A DNA stretch of 64,000 nucleotides from Octopus bimaculoides (GCF_001194135.2 NC_068981.1:88822040-88886039); one strand, 5' to 3'; counted from the stretch's first letter, positions 38,088-50,384 are shown. Notes: generated by a model from the sequence alone, not told the origin. Translations and numbers: made by a program.

Positions 38088-38186
38088 ATTTGGTAGAAGA
38101 CACTTGCCCATGTGTGCCACACAGTGGGACTGAACCCAAAACCATGTGGTTGGTAAGTAGCAAGCTGCTTATCACACATTTACTCC
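38088..38186 (-). mobile_element. SINE family B head
   Basis: GAAGACACTTGCCC...GGGACTGAACCC...ACCATGTGGTTGGTAAG. Confidence 0.7.
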
Positions 38187-38191
38187 TGTGC

Positions 38192-38258
<67 letters not shown>

Positions 38259-38547
38259 AACATACATACACACACACACATGTATATATCAACAAAGAAA
38301 TAACAAGTATCTTGTGAAAGTAGTGATGAATATCTTTGCAGTATCTTCCCTCCATATAAATCGTTTTCGGAAGTTTCTTTGTGTATTTGTGTATTCATTC
38401 ATGCATTTATTCTTTTACATTTGGCTGTGAGCACTCTTTTGGACCACGTAAACGGGTTTTAGTCGATCAAAATCACCCGAGTAAATATTACCATGCTGGT
38501 ACTTACCCTGTCAGATTCTTTTAGCCGATCTGCAAAATTATGCGACT

Positions 38548-38755
38548 GGAGGTATGTGATTTAGTGGTTAGATTGTTGCACTCATGATCGTAAGATTGTA
38601 GTTCCGATTCCTGGTCCGAGCGACGCGTTGCGTTCTTGAGCAAAATATTGCATTTCACGTTGCTCCAGTCTAGTGAGGAGGCGGCGAATAATTACGCCAC
38701 AGAATCTGGGAAACCGGTCTGATGAGCCTATGACTAGCGAAGGACGTTTATTCCT
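38548..38755 (+). mobile_element. SINE family C
   Basis: TTAGTGGTTAG...GTTCCGATTCCTGG...TTCTTGAGCAAAA...TTTCACGTTGCTCCAGTC. Confidence 0.7.
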
Positions 38756-39317
38756 TTTTTTGTATCTGAATCAAAACATCACCGGTTGTTACGTGATGAA
38801 AGGCAATGACATACAATTATGACAGCTTTCACACGTTTTTTGTTTATCAGATTTACTCACAAAACATTGCTCTGCCTGACGATATAACAGAAGAAACTAA
38901 TGCAACACGACTCACAGTGTAACTGAACCTGAAATCTCATGCGTGGGATGCGAATTTCGTAACTACATGACTATTCTTAAAGTATGATATTTTATATATA
39001 TACATAAATGGACACATACGATGATATAGAAAATTCACACACTCCTGAACACAAACCCCTACATATATGCATACACAGATTTACATACATATATATGTGT
39101 GTATCTGCGTATGTATATGTGCGCGCACACACACACATATGCATGTATGTATACATGCTTACACACGTACATCTTATCTACATACATAAATACACATATA
39201 TTATGTATGTATTTATTTTCCTGGGAGACAATTTATAAGCCAATATATTTATGTTGATGCAATTAATTCTCCATAATCCATTTATGCTGAAAGAATCTCC
39301 ATCTGAACAGACCCCAT

Positions 39318-39355
<38 letters not shown>

Positions 39356-39899
39356 NNNNNNNNNNNNNNNNNNNNNNNNNNNNNNNNNNNNNNNNNNNNN
39401 NNNNNNNNNNNNNNNNNNNNNNNNNNNNNNNNNNNNNNNNNNNNNNNNNNNNNNNNNNNNNNNNNNNNNNNNNNNNNNNNNNNNNNNNNNNNNNNNNNNN
39501 NNNNNNNNNNNNNNNNNNNNNNNNNNNNNNNNNNNNNNNNNNNNNNNNNNNNNNNNNNNNNNNNNNNNNNNNNNNNNNNNNNNNNNNNNNNNNNNNNNNN
39601 NNNNNNNNNNNNNNNNNNNNNNNNNNNNNNNNNNNATATATATATATACAATCTGTTGATTTGTCTAACTAATGACAATATTTCCTATTTCACATCAGTG
39701 TTCATTCATGCTCTCGTAGTCTACACTTCTAGAAAACTACAAACAGCCCCACCGCACCACACTACCTATAACTCTTTGTTTTGTTCAATGTGTCCTTTCC
39801 TACTTTAATATATGATTTGAGGGAAAATTAGTTGCCAATCCTAGAAGATCGAAACACCGTACCGAAGGCATCGGTCGGGGAAAGGTTGTTCAATGTTAA

Positions 39900-40880
39900 T
39901 TGTGACGCAGTCCAGTGCTGCTGGTAGTAATGCCGCAGCTAAAGTCATGGTTGAAATAACAATGACACATCTAAACAATGGTTGTAATGACAAAGCTGAA
40001 TAGTTCTAATATCATTATGCAGTTCAGTGTTAGATGCACTGATATTTCTACGTGATAGCTATAATGACAAATCACTGTGTTGTTTGTTATGTAACAGTGA
40101 AGCCATTCTCCTAGAGGTAAGACTGTGTATGTCTAGGGCCAACACTCTTTACTAGAAAAAAAGCAAATTTACAGAAGCATCGACGACAATTCAAAACCTT
40201 GGAAAGTAATATACTCCCTCAGAGAACTATATTACGCGGTGTAGCAAAATCCGAAAGGAAGATGCAAGGAAATGGAGAAAAGTCGTCGATAACTTATGCC
40301 CCATAGGGTGCAATGTAAGTGAGTCGTTAGTAGCAACCATAACCCTGTGATGGTTTTTTAAAAAAAAGGACCAGTGATGCTTTTAATGACATAGCCTTTA
40401 TAAATTCAGTGTGGCTTTGTAGTGATATACTTCTATAGGGTTCGCAATGCTATGACTATGTTGTGATTACAATGAGAAACCCAGTGAACGTTGCAATAAA
40501 TCAGTTTAGTAGTGATTGCAAATAAACAGCTCAGTTGTGGTTCAAATGACACAGCTTAATGATGGTTGCTTTGAATACTTCAGTAGTCGCTAATTATGGC
40601 ACAATCAGATGTGGTGGTAATGAAAGTATCTCAGCACTAGAAAACTTTGTAAATGATACAGCACAGCAATAGTAATGACATCAACTCATTTGTAGTCAGA
40701 ATGACACAAATCAGTGTTGGTTGTAATGAGAGCGCAAGGAGGTACTTCTAAATGAGATTTCAATGGTGATTCTAATATGAAATAGCTGTAAGATTGTAGT
40801 AATCAATGATTATTGTAATGATACAGTTCAGGAGTTACTGACCTAACACCGCACTAGTTACTGAGTAGTGATTGTAGAAA
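39900..40880. repeat. Old degenerate minisatellite (about 24-26-bp unit, roughly GGTTGTAATGACACAGCTCAGT), interrupted by a LINE fragment
   Basis: AATGA(C/T/G)A recurs near 39962, 39987, 40065, 40385, 40470, 40546, 40652, 40674, 40700, 40725, 40750 and 40817, usually preceded by GGTTGT-like and followed by CAG-like bases. Confidence 0.55.
40105..40325 (+). mobile_element. RTE-like LINE extreme 3' fragment
   Basis: KEDARKWRKVVDNLCPIG resembles the RTE-type C-terminal 'DRxxWRxxVxxLCP' motif; PRGK upstream. Confidence 0.45.
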
Positions 40881-41273
40881 AACATCTCAGCTGCTTGTCT
40901 TGTTGCAGCTCCGTGGGGGTTAAAATCACAAAGGATTCAAAGAATAAGTATAAACGATTATAAATTATTCGGGACAACGACATACATTTACATTGAAGAA
41001 CTAAATGGACAGAACAAATTCAAAATATAAGGTATAAAGTTATCGGAAATAACACCCAAAGTGCTGAATACATACTCACACAGGTATATGCACCACGCAC
41101 CATGGTTTCAATAAGTACTTGAATTTGCTCACTGGGAATGTCAGCCAGTTTTGCACTACTTTTATAAGGAAAATGCGCACGTAGTTATCCATAATGTAAT
41201 GTTTAAGTTATCTAAGATTAAATTAGTATTATTGATACTTTTAATCTTGTTATTTTACTTCTTCTCCGTCACA

Positions 41274-41639
41274 TTATTTCCTCTGCCTTAGCGAGGGTGG
41301 AGGTATTGTTTTCAGTTGTGTTTGTTTGCCCATGGACAAGATATCTCAAGAACCGTTGGATGGATTCGGATGAAACTTTCAGGCGTGTTTGGCCTCATGA
41401 CTGGTACGAACTGATTTGATTTTGGCATCGATCCGGTACTGGGCAAGGGTTCTGGATTATTTTTCCTGTTTTTTTTTGTTTTACTTAAGTTTTGAGAGCG
41501 GTCGGTTTCAGTTTTAGTATTCTCGTTTGTGAGAGCAGTCCAGTTTATTTCAGATATTCTCAATTTAAATATCATCTCTGGTTAATCGTTGAGAGGACGT
41601 GGGTGTTGCCTTGGTTTGCGCTCTCTGAGTGCTCTTGTT
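41274..41639 (+). mobile_element. Second Helentron/HINE-like element
   Basis: Colinear with 3170-3531: GCCTTAGCGAGGG, CAAGATATCTCAAGAACCG, GGCATCGATCCGGTAC, TTTGCGCTCTCTGAGTGCTCTTGTT. Confidence 0.6.
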
Positions 41640-41656
41640 ATTTTTATTATTATGAA

Positions 41657-41865
41657 GGCGGCGAGTTAGCAGCATCATTAGTTCGCTTAGTAGCATTTCG
41701 TCCGTCTTATGTTCTGAGCTCTAATTCCGGCTTTACGTTTAAAGTTCAAATTCCAACGAAGTAGACTTTGCCTTTCAATTCCTCCGAGGTCGACATCGCC
41801 TTTCATCCGTTCACAGTCTATAAACTAAGTACATGTCAAGCACTGGGGTGGATGTAACCGACTAA
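41657..41865 (+). mobile_element. SINE family A
   Basis: GGCGGCGAGTTAGCAG head, GAGGTCGACATCGCCTTTCATCC core, CACTGGGGTGGATGTAACCGAC. Confidence 0.7.
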
Positions 41866-42320
41866 TCTCTCCCACTTAAGTTACTCCCGTCTTGCCTATC
41901 GTAGAAAGAAGAATTATTAAGTGTATTACATGCATCGAGAGTAATTTTTCGTTATATATGTTTGCATAAGCTCTCTACTCCCAAATTTCAGGCCTTGAAT
42001 AATAATTATTATTAGAATTGTTGTGGCTATTATAATAATTATTATAATCCATTATAATCTTCTTCATTATACATACGCATATATGTGTTTTATGTATGTG
42101 TGTGTTTGTATATGTATGTATATATATATATGTATGTATNNNNNNNNNNNNNNNNNNNNNNNNNNNNNNNNNNNNNNNNNNNNNNNNNNNNNNNNNNNNN
42201 NNNNNNNNNNNNNNNNNNNNNNNNNNNNNNNNNNNNNNNNNNNNNNNNNTATATACGTACATATATACATGTATGTATATGTATATCTATATATAATTAT
42301 TCATATACATACATACATAT

Positions 42321-42358
<38 letters not shown>

Positions 42359-43014
42359 CTGCATATATGGACTCGTACACATACACACTTGACTAAACAT
42401 AATTAGTATAGAACAATGGCATTCATAATGTTCGTTTCAGTTCATCTGCCATAACGTGTTTGATTAAGCGTTTTAAAGAAATTAAAACTCCCACGTCACA
42501 AACGAATGTGAAATGGATGCTCTTCACTCAAAGACGTAAAAATTCATTTTGTCCTAATATAAATCATTGAAAAAAAAAAAAACGCTACAAAATGACAATC
42601 TATTGTGGCATCAAACACCTCAATCAATTTTACTTGTTACAGGGATTCAATAATAAAGTGTTATATAATGCTTTGGTTATGCAAAAATCCACTAAAAAGA
42701 GTTGCTTTAAAAATAAACAAGTAGAGTATTGAAGAAATAAATAAATTTTCTGAACTCTCCAACAATGCTATTTATAATTTAGAATGTCATGTGAATGCGT
42801 TACACCACAAAGAGTCTTGATTGAACTTTCAGTTTAAGGTAATATAATGTTGATAGATTCGTTTGTTCACTGTTTTATGCAATCAAATGAATTTATTTAG
42901 ATAGAATCTCTCTTTTTCTCTGTATGCACGCAGGCACGAACAAATTACACAGATATATACACTTATATAAATACATATATAAACACACATACACACACAA
43001 ACACATCATTTATC

Positions 43015-43666
43015 TTTTACTCATTTCAGTCATGCTGAGGCAGCATCTTCAAAAGTTATAGTCAACCCCACTACTACTTTTTTAAAGTCTGGTACTTACG
43101 CTGTTGTACTTTTCCTTGAATCGCTAAGTTGCGGTAACGTAAACAAACCAACACCGGTCGTCAAGTGATCTGTTCTGACACGTATGCACACACATACACA
43201 GGTACAGAAACACGTACACACATACACAATGACACATATGCACACACATACACAGGTACAGAAACACGTACACACATACACAATGACACATATGCACACA
43301 CATACACAGGTACAGAAACACGTACACACATACACAATGACACATATGCACACACATACACAGGTACAGAAACACGTACACACATACACAATGACACATA
43401 TGCACACACATACACAGGTACAGAAACACGTACACACATACACAATGACACATATGCACACACATACACAGGTACACAAACACACACACACACACACACA
43501 CTTACACACACACACACACTCTGTCAGGTCCCATCCACTAAATACACTCAAAAACTTTGGGCAGCCAGCAATATTAGCAGAAGACACATGCCCAAGATGC
43601 CACATAGTGTGGATAAACTATACAGCAGATGATTGGGAGGCGATTTTTTCAACCACACAGCCACGC

Positions 43667-43670
<4 letters not shown>
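43015..43670 (-). mobile_element. SINE family B whose internal microsatellite has expanded into a 54-bp minisatellite
   Basis: Head CAACCACACAGCCACGCC at about 43650-43667, GAAGACACATGCCCAAG at 43580-43596, 3' half ACACCGGTCGTCAAG at 43151. Confidence 0.75.
43176..43478. repeat. Near-perfect 54-bp minisatellite, 5 full copies plus one partial
   Basis: Unit TGACACATATGCACACACATACACAGGTACAGAAACACGTACACACATACACAA; gives the 18-aa repeat in ORF 43165-43632. Confidence 0.95.
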
Positions 43671-43723
<53 letters not shown>

Positions 43724-43724
<1 letters not shown>

Positions 43725-44122
43725 TTCGGTGCGAATGGTTCTTTTATACGGCGTCGAGTTTACAATCTTGTAAATAATAATAATGGTAATTTTATATAAG
43801 CTTAAAGCTTATGGCGATCACCGTGCAATGACTAAGGAAAATAGTCTAATAAAGGGGCATATAAGCCCTTGACGGAAAAAAAAATAAGGCTTTCCTATCC
43901 GCGTGAGATTCGAACCCACATCCTGTTGTTAACGCGATTAAGTGTGTTACTTTTACACCAGCGAATCAGTCACCGCCCATTTCTGTCAAAGTTAAGACCT
44001 ATAATAGTTCATGTTTTTTTTATGTAAACAAACTTTCTATATGCTTTCGGTGTGAATGGTTTTTTTTATACGGTGCCGCGTTTACAACCCTTGAATAATA
44101 ATAATGTCATTTTTATATCAGC
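43724..44122 (-). mobile_element. tRNA-headed SINE-like unit bracketed by 78-bp direct repeats
   Basis: Repeats at 43724-43801 and 44045-44122. Minus-strand A-box-like GCTGGTGTAAAAGT (43949-62) and B box GGGTTCGAATCTC (43905-17). Confidence 0.55.
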
Positions 44123-44234
44123 GTGGGATATACAAAGCATATACAATTTGATCAGATATGATCCCGTAACATATATGAATTTAATAAGATTTGATCGCAT
44201 AACATATATGAAATTGATCAGATAAAATGCTTAA

Positions 44235-45273
44235 ATAGTCTTTACAAATTCTGCCATGAAAGGAAACCAAGGGTCGGCGGATTTCCAAGATATAGCCCCC
44301 GCCCCCGATCATCACAGATCCTCCTCCATGTTTAACAGTTGGAAAAAGGAAGTCTGGGTCAAATGCTTCTTTTGGCTATCTTCACACGTATACTCGGCCG
44401 GTGGTCTTAAATAAGGTAAAGGATGACTCGTCCAAGAAAATAACATTCTTCCACTGCTCTAGAGACCAATTTTGTAGGTTTTTACTCCGCTCTAAACGCT
44501 TTGCAACGTTTGTTTTTGAACGTAGTGGTTTTCTGATTGCAGCCGTCCTGTGAAATCCGGCTTTGTGCAGCTCCAGGGAAACAGTTTTTGTGGAAGCCGG
44601 GTTCTGGAGGTGGTCATTAAGCTCTGCAGTAATTTTGGGAGCTGTACTTTTATGATCCTTTCTAACAATTCGCGTAAGAGTCCCCACGATCCCTATCTGA
44701 AAGTTTTGGCTTTCTTCCGGAGTTTTGTTTTGACGGAGAGGTTTTTCTCTCTTTCTCAAAGGCTGTCATTACTTTCGAGACAGTACTTCTTTATTTCATC
44801 AAATTTGCCATAAAGATATTACATAGATAGAAGCAAGTGCGGGCTGGACAAAAACACAAATGAAATGAATGATGAACAGAATAATATTGATGAGAGAAGC
44901 AGACGACGCCCGCCGATCGGTGCTTCTCGAGAACATTGTTCTTTTTTTAAAAACACAAATGAGGTGTTGAACCTCTTAGAATAATTACAAATTACCAAAC
45001 ATTTCGGCTGTTTTCGTTACGATAGCGCCTGTCATACGAGCACCAACAATTTGACCTCTTTGATAGTCCGATAGATCTGTCATTTTAGCGACTTTTAATT
45101 ACCTTTTTCTGATGATATCTGAAAAGAAACAGCAATTTTAGCAAAACATATTTAGCAGCACTAATAATAAATCTAAAAAACATAAAAATACTCAAGCTTT
45201 TGACGGTTTTATAAATATTTCAAAATTATGATGGTATGATGCTAGGTGTTTCCATTATTTTGTCCAACTTCTG
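44235..45273 (-). mobile_element. Tc1-family transposon, 5' TIR plus N-terminal half of the transposase, interrupted and 3'-truncated
   Basis: TIR CAGAAGTTGGACAAAATAATGGAAACACC (45245-73) with TA. MTDLSDYQRGQIVGARMTGA starts at 45083. After a ~200-bp insert: STVSKVMTAFEKE...GRKPKLSDRDR / TLTRIVRKDHK...RKPL...WKNVIFLDESSF...TVKHGGGSVMI. Confidence 0.9.
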
Positions 45274-46047
45274 TATATATGTAACATACATACACGTACG
45301 CACATGCATAGTCTTCCGATTCTGTTAATTTTAGCGATTCACATGTAAGAAGTTTGGTACTCATTTGCCGACCTCTGTCGAACACAGGATTTTGACTGCT
45401 GCTATTGTAAAAACGGACACACTTATACGTTGATATAGATGTCCCGGTGTATAGCTAATTTATCTGGATGAAACCTCAAAGCCCAATACTCGTGACGTTT
45501 TGCGAGTGACAACGGTTTGACAGATGACAGCTATGGCGGAACAAAACAACTGATGTGAATAAAAAAATTATGGAAACACATTACTAACTTCTCGCATTAC
45601 TAACGCGTGAAATACGATGTGATTCATTAAAAACATCCAAACAAACTTATAAGAACAAGATCAGAGAAAGCAAATCTCAGATTATTATCAAAAAGTAAAT
45701 GATCAGTATAAAAAAAATATCAGATTACCATCAAAAAGTAAAATAATTGTATAAAATGACCGGTAATAGAAATAAATATCCTTAGAATAAAAAGACTGTG
45801 ATATGAGATAAGAATAATAATAATAATACAATAGGGAGTAGTTGGCTAATAGTTCCGCTGGGTATCTCTTAGCTGTGGGGAGGAATAATTGTGTTTAAGA
45901 AAGACATTATGTCTATTTAATAACTAAACTGAGAATTAAATTAATAAGTAAGTATTTAAGTAAATAGATTATCGATCAAGAAAATTGATAAGTAATTGAT
46001 TACATAATTTCTAATTAAATAATCATATACTTGGCTAATAAACTGTA

Positions 46048-46515
46048 GAGGCACAGTACTTAGTGGTTAGGGTGTTTGCTGTTTCGACGCCCCCAGACGA
46101 TGAAGTAGGCTAGCCCAATTCGTAGATATAGAGGGAGAAGTCTAGACGTCGGGGTAGTTGAGTAGAGGTCATCCGAACGTGCGATATAACAGTGGCGACG
46201 AGGGTGAGATGCTCACACAGCCACTGTGTAGTATTGCGATATAATAGTGACGACGAGGATTTCGTAGCTCACACAGCCACTGTGTAATATTGCGATATAA
46301 CAGTGTTGCACTCATAACGGAAAGATTGTGTTTTCGATAGCTGGCAATACGTTGTTTTCTTGAACAAAACATTTTATTTCACGCTATTCTAGTCCACTCA
46401 GCTATAAAAAATGAGTAATCCTATGACAGGCTGACGGACTGGGTGTAAATTTATATGCCACAGAACCTGTGAAACAGCCTTATGCTCATATGGCTTGGGA
46501 AGGACCTTTTACTTT
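46048..46515 (+). mobile_element. SINE family C split by an insertion at 46080-46305
   Basis: Head TTAGTGGTTAGGGTGTTTGC stops at 46079 and resumes TTGCACTCAT...TTCTTGAACAAAACATTTTATTTCACG...GTCCACTCAGCT from about 46306. Confidence 0.75.
46080..46305 (+). mobile_element. Miniature LTR-like insert: 112-bp TGTT...AACA segment followed by reiterated PBS-like units
   Basis: TGTT at 46080, AACA ending 46191, then TGGCGACGAGGGTG (46193-46206). A 55/56-bp unit starts at 46180, 46235 and 46291. Confidence 0.55.
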
Positions 46516-47595
46516 TTTGACAAATCAATTCAAAATTACTGAAAAATTCGAGTGATAGTTTCTTAACATAAATGGTGGTTGTTTCCATGTTTTGATCCAA
46601 CTAAATATAGACACTTTATTTTGTGTTGAGTACACACACGAATGCATGCACAGACACAAATACGCTTCCATGTGAAAATAAACTTTATAATTTATCTTTA
46701 TATATTCAGTGTTTCTTTAGTTAAACGTTTGATTACTTTTGCGTATATTTATATGTAATACACGCACGTCCATATATATATATATANNNNNNNNNNNNNN
46801 NNNNNNNNNNNNNNNNNNNNNNNNNNNNNNNNNNNNNNNNNNNNNNNNNNNNNNNNNNNNNNNNNNNNNNNNNNNNNNNNNNNNNNNNNNNNNNNNNNNN
46901 NNNNNNNNNNNNNNNNNNNNNNNNNNNNNNNNNNNNNNNNNNNNNNNNNNNNNNNNNNNNNNNNNNNNNNNNNNNNNNNNNNNNNNNNNNNNNNNNNNNN
47001 NNNNNNNNNNNNNNNNNNNNNNNNNNNNNNNNNNNNNNNNNNNNNNNNNNNNNNNNNNNNNNNNNNNNNNNNNNNNNNNNNNNNNNNNNNNNNNNNNNNN
47101 NNNNNNNNNNNNNNNNNNNNNNNNNNNNNNNNNNNNNNNNNNNNNNNNNNNNNNNNNNNNNNNNNNNNNNNNNNNNNNNNNNNNNNNNNNNNNNNNNNNN
47201 NNNNNNNNNNNNNNNNNNNNNNNNNNNNNNNNNNNNNNNNNNNNNNNNNNNNNNNNNNNNNNNNNNNNNNNNNNNNNNNNNNNNNNNNNNNNNNNNNNNN
47301 NNNNNNNNNNNNNNNNNNNNNNNNNNNNNNNNNNNNNNNNNNNNNNNNNNNNNNNNNNNNNNNNNNNNNNNNNNNNNNNNNNNNNNNNNNNNNNNNNNNN
47401 NNNNNNNNNNNNNNNNNNNNNNNNNNNNNNNNNNNNNNNNNNNNNNNNNNNNNNNNNNNNNNNNNNNNNNNNNNNNNNNNNNNNNNNNNNNNNNNNNNNN
47501 NNNNNNNNNNNNNNNNNNNNNNNNNNNNNNNNNNNNNNNNNNNNNNNNNNNNNNNNNNNNNNNNNNNNNNNNNNNNNNNNNNNNNNNNNNNNNNN

Positions 47596-47641
<46 letters not shown>

Positions 47642-48945
47642 TCATACATATATACAGTTTACAAACTATCATTTGCGATAAACATATTGTACATAAAGTT
47701 TTCAAAATTCTCAGAGTAGCATCACGCAATAAAGCTATCATCTTAATGAGTTATCTAGTGAAATACATCTCAAAAAGTTATGGTTTATAATTTTGTTTTG
47801 CAATATAGATAAGTAATAATATTTAATCGAATAGAACAGCTGGAGATATAAATGGCTCTCAAATTTTAGCATCATGTAAATTTCTATCGATAACACAACG
47901 ATATTTATTATAACTCAAAGCACACTTGCTCTATTTTGTACAAGCAAGAAAGAAACGTTATGACTACAAATTTGTAGCGAATATATTTCTTATGCAATTC
48001 CATGGAATAATGAAATAGTATTAACCTAAATTCAAACTTATCCTACAGATTCGAAAGTAAAATATTGAACTATACTCTATAGTGGTGGTAAAAATTATAT
48101 CCAATAGCAGAGATCGTGCACTATTAAAGACTTCATTTTAAATTCTTTTATTTGAGTAAAATATATAAAGGAGATGAACTCTTTGTTATTTCTTTTGTAA
48201 AATTTTGAATAGTTATGGCTTTTTATCCTTTTATCATTAGAAATAAAACAGATCCTGTATTAATTCTTTACTTCTTTTTCTTGTGCCTTCGATTAAATTC
48301 AGTAATCCTTCATTGAGAGAATGATCTAATAACAGCATTCTAAAATTTACAGGATTTCGAATAGTAGGCTTTCTACAGTAATGAATCTATTCGTCTCTAT
48401 AGGTTCATCATAATGATTCATTAAACTCTAGTTACTTATAAATCTTTCATTTCTCTTCGGACCATTCGTCTGCATTATAAAAATATCAACCTTTATCCCA
48501 AACATAAAAAAATTGTTATCTTCCACTTCAGTGGAATAATTTTATTCCTGTAGTCTGTTCTCTTTAATATCTGAAAACTTAATAAATGTGAAGTTTGCTT
48601 ATTCATAATTCATAATCTCTATTCAACAAGTTCAGTGGTTATATAAATCTGTCTTGAATTGGTTTTTGTAAATATTACTGATACATCTATGCTTTAGTAA
48701 ACATAAATGAAATCTTTTAAAAGTACCTTGCTTCAGTTTAATTGTCATGAAGGTCATTTATATAAGCATGAGGTGCCTTCAACCCTAGAGATTTTAATAT
48801 TCTGAGAAAAGGTGTAATAATAATTCATGTAGATTTAAAAAAGCTATGCAAGGCTTCATATAAAGGAACCAGTCTACATCATAACAGTCTATAAGGAACG
48901 CGTTGTATCACAGTAACATCTTATAACAGTAACATCACATCAAAG

Positions 48946-49470
48946 TCATGATTTTTTAGTAATTTTCATTTCTTTTACTTTAGTAAAACCTTCCAAATCT
49001 GTCGTTGCAGCCTCGGAGTAAATACGTTTTGAACGCTGAATAAAAAATGCAAGATGTTGAATATGGTCAGCCATTCCAATAGGCGTTAACTCAATTTTAT
49101 AGAAATGAAGTAAAGCGCTGATTACAGATTTTGACAAAGATTTGTCTCCAATACCCGTCGTCATATGCGCGAGAAGTTTCTCTTTTCTGTCTTCCTCAAC
49201 TTACATGTTTAGCAAAAGTCCATCACGCTACACTAGTTTTATAAACATGAAATTGCGGTAAATTTTCTATCTTTTTTGTCTTTTCGGTCGAAATGTGCCG
49301 AGGTTTTCTTTACATAAGCTGTATGCAAGTTCTCAGCCAGTTTTATTTATTTACATTGCATTCTTCAGCATGCATTCGGTAGCAATTTCAAAGAAAAGTT
49401 ACAGCATTGAATGTGTGTGTATGATGCAGTTTTCATAAATTCAAGAGTTCCATAATTCTTCAGTTTCATC
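48946..49470 (-). pseudogene. Unassigned coding relic, possibly transposon-derived
   Basis: Protein-like reading across one frameshift and several stops: NYGTLEFMKTASYTHIQC...AYVKKTSAHFDRK / RDGLLLNM*VEEDRKEKLLAHMTTGIGDKSLSKSVISALLHFY...IQRSKRIYSEA. Family not recognised. Confidence 0.3.
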
Positions 49471-49734
49471 TTGCTTCAAATCCTCCAAGATGGCGATTAA
49501 TACAAATTAGATTCATTGACATTACTAAGGTGTTTGCAAGCTGAAAGAAATTAACGGTAAACAACACTTAGAAATGCATTATATTCCTGGATGATGTATC
49601 TCAGGATAAGTACATCCTTATTCCCGTAAGGATATGATTCAAACAATCCTTTTTTTTCGTGCAGCTTTTCTCCATCTATATCATATATACATACACCTAC
49701 TGTAAAAGAAAGCACAATTTCTTTTCCTCAACAC

Positions 49735-49890
49735 GCCCTGCTCTATTTAGCATTATCCCAAAACAAATCAAAGAAATTAAAAATCCCATCACCTTCACAC
49801 GAAACCTGGACAAGTTTTTTTCAAGGGATACCAGATAAGCCTAGACATATCTCAGTCAACAACACTTTCCTTCATGAATGGGCCACGAAG
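49735..49890 (+). mobile_element. CR1-like LINE C-terminal fragment
   Basis: PALFSIIPKQIKEIKNPITFTRNLDKFF / GIPDKP resembles the CR1-type 'LFNxLP...FKxxLDKFL..IPDxP' end. Confidence 0.55.
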
Positions 49891-50350
49891 CAACAAAACT
49901 TGATTTAAATGTGACTTAACAGGTCGTATCATGTGATGCTATTAAGTTAGACATGTCTTGGGTCAATATTTGACCGAAACATATCTAAATTAACTAAGTT
50001 GTCTAAGTTAGTTAACAGTAAATATTTTAGAAGTCACTAGGAATAGGTAGAATATGTTACCTATCCAAATGACATTCGATCAAGTTTCTAATTTTGAAGA
50101 AAGTGGGGAATTACTTTTGTCTCAAATCTTCGGGAAACATCCAAATGCGATGTAAATATTTCTTCTTTAATGAAATACAATCAAGATTCACCGGTTTATT
50201 ACTTTAAGATTTGAAACTTTACTCATACATTGCGTTAAACATAAGCACACACACGCACGCACAGACGCAGACAAACACACAAACACACACACACACATAC
50301 ACAAATACACACACAGAGGCACACACTCTTACACACACATATATATGTAA

Positions 50351-50384
<34 letters not shown>

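Noticed and set aside
43165-43632. 18-aa repeat protein
   Set aside because: All frames on both strands are open because the unit derives from CA repeats, and it sits inside a SINE.
43896-43968. Functional tRNA genes here and at other A/B-box heads (e.g. 30330-30385, 51485-51540, 55954-56020)
   Set aside because: No complete cloverleaf, and each continues into a repeat body, so they are SINE heads.
46180-46305. CRISPR-like repeat-spacer array
   Set aside because: Only 2-3 units, the 'spacers' are near-identical, there are no cas genes and the context is eukaryotic. An LTR/PBS reading explains it better.
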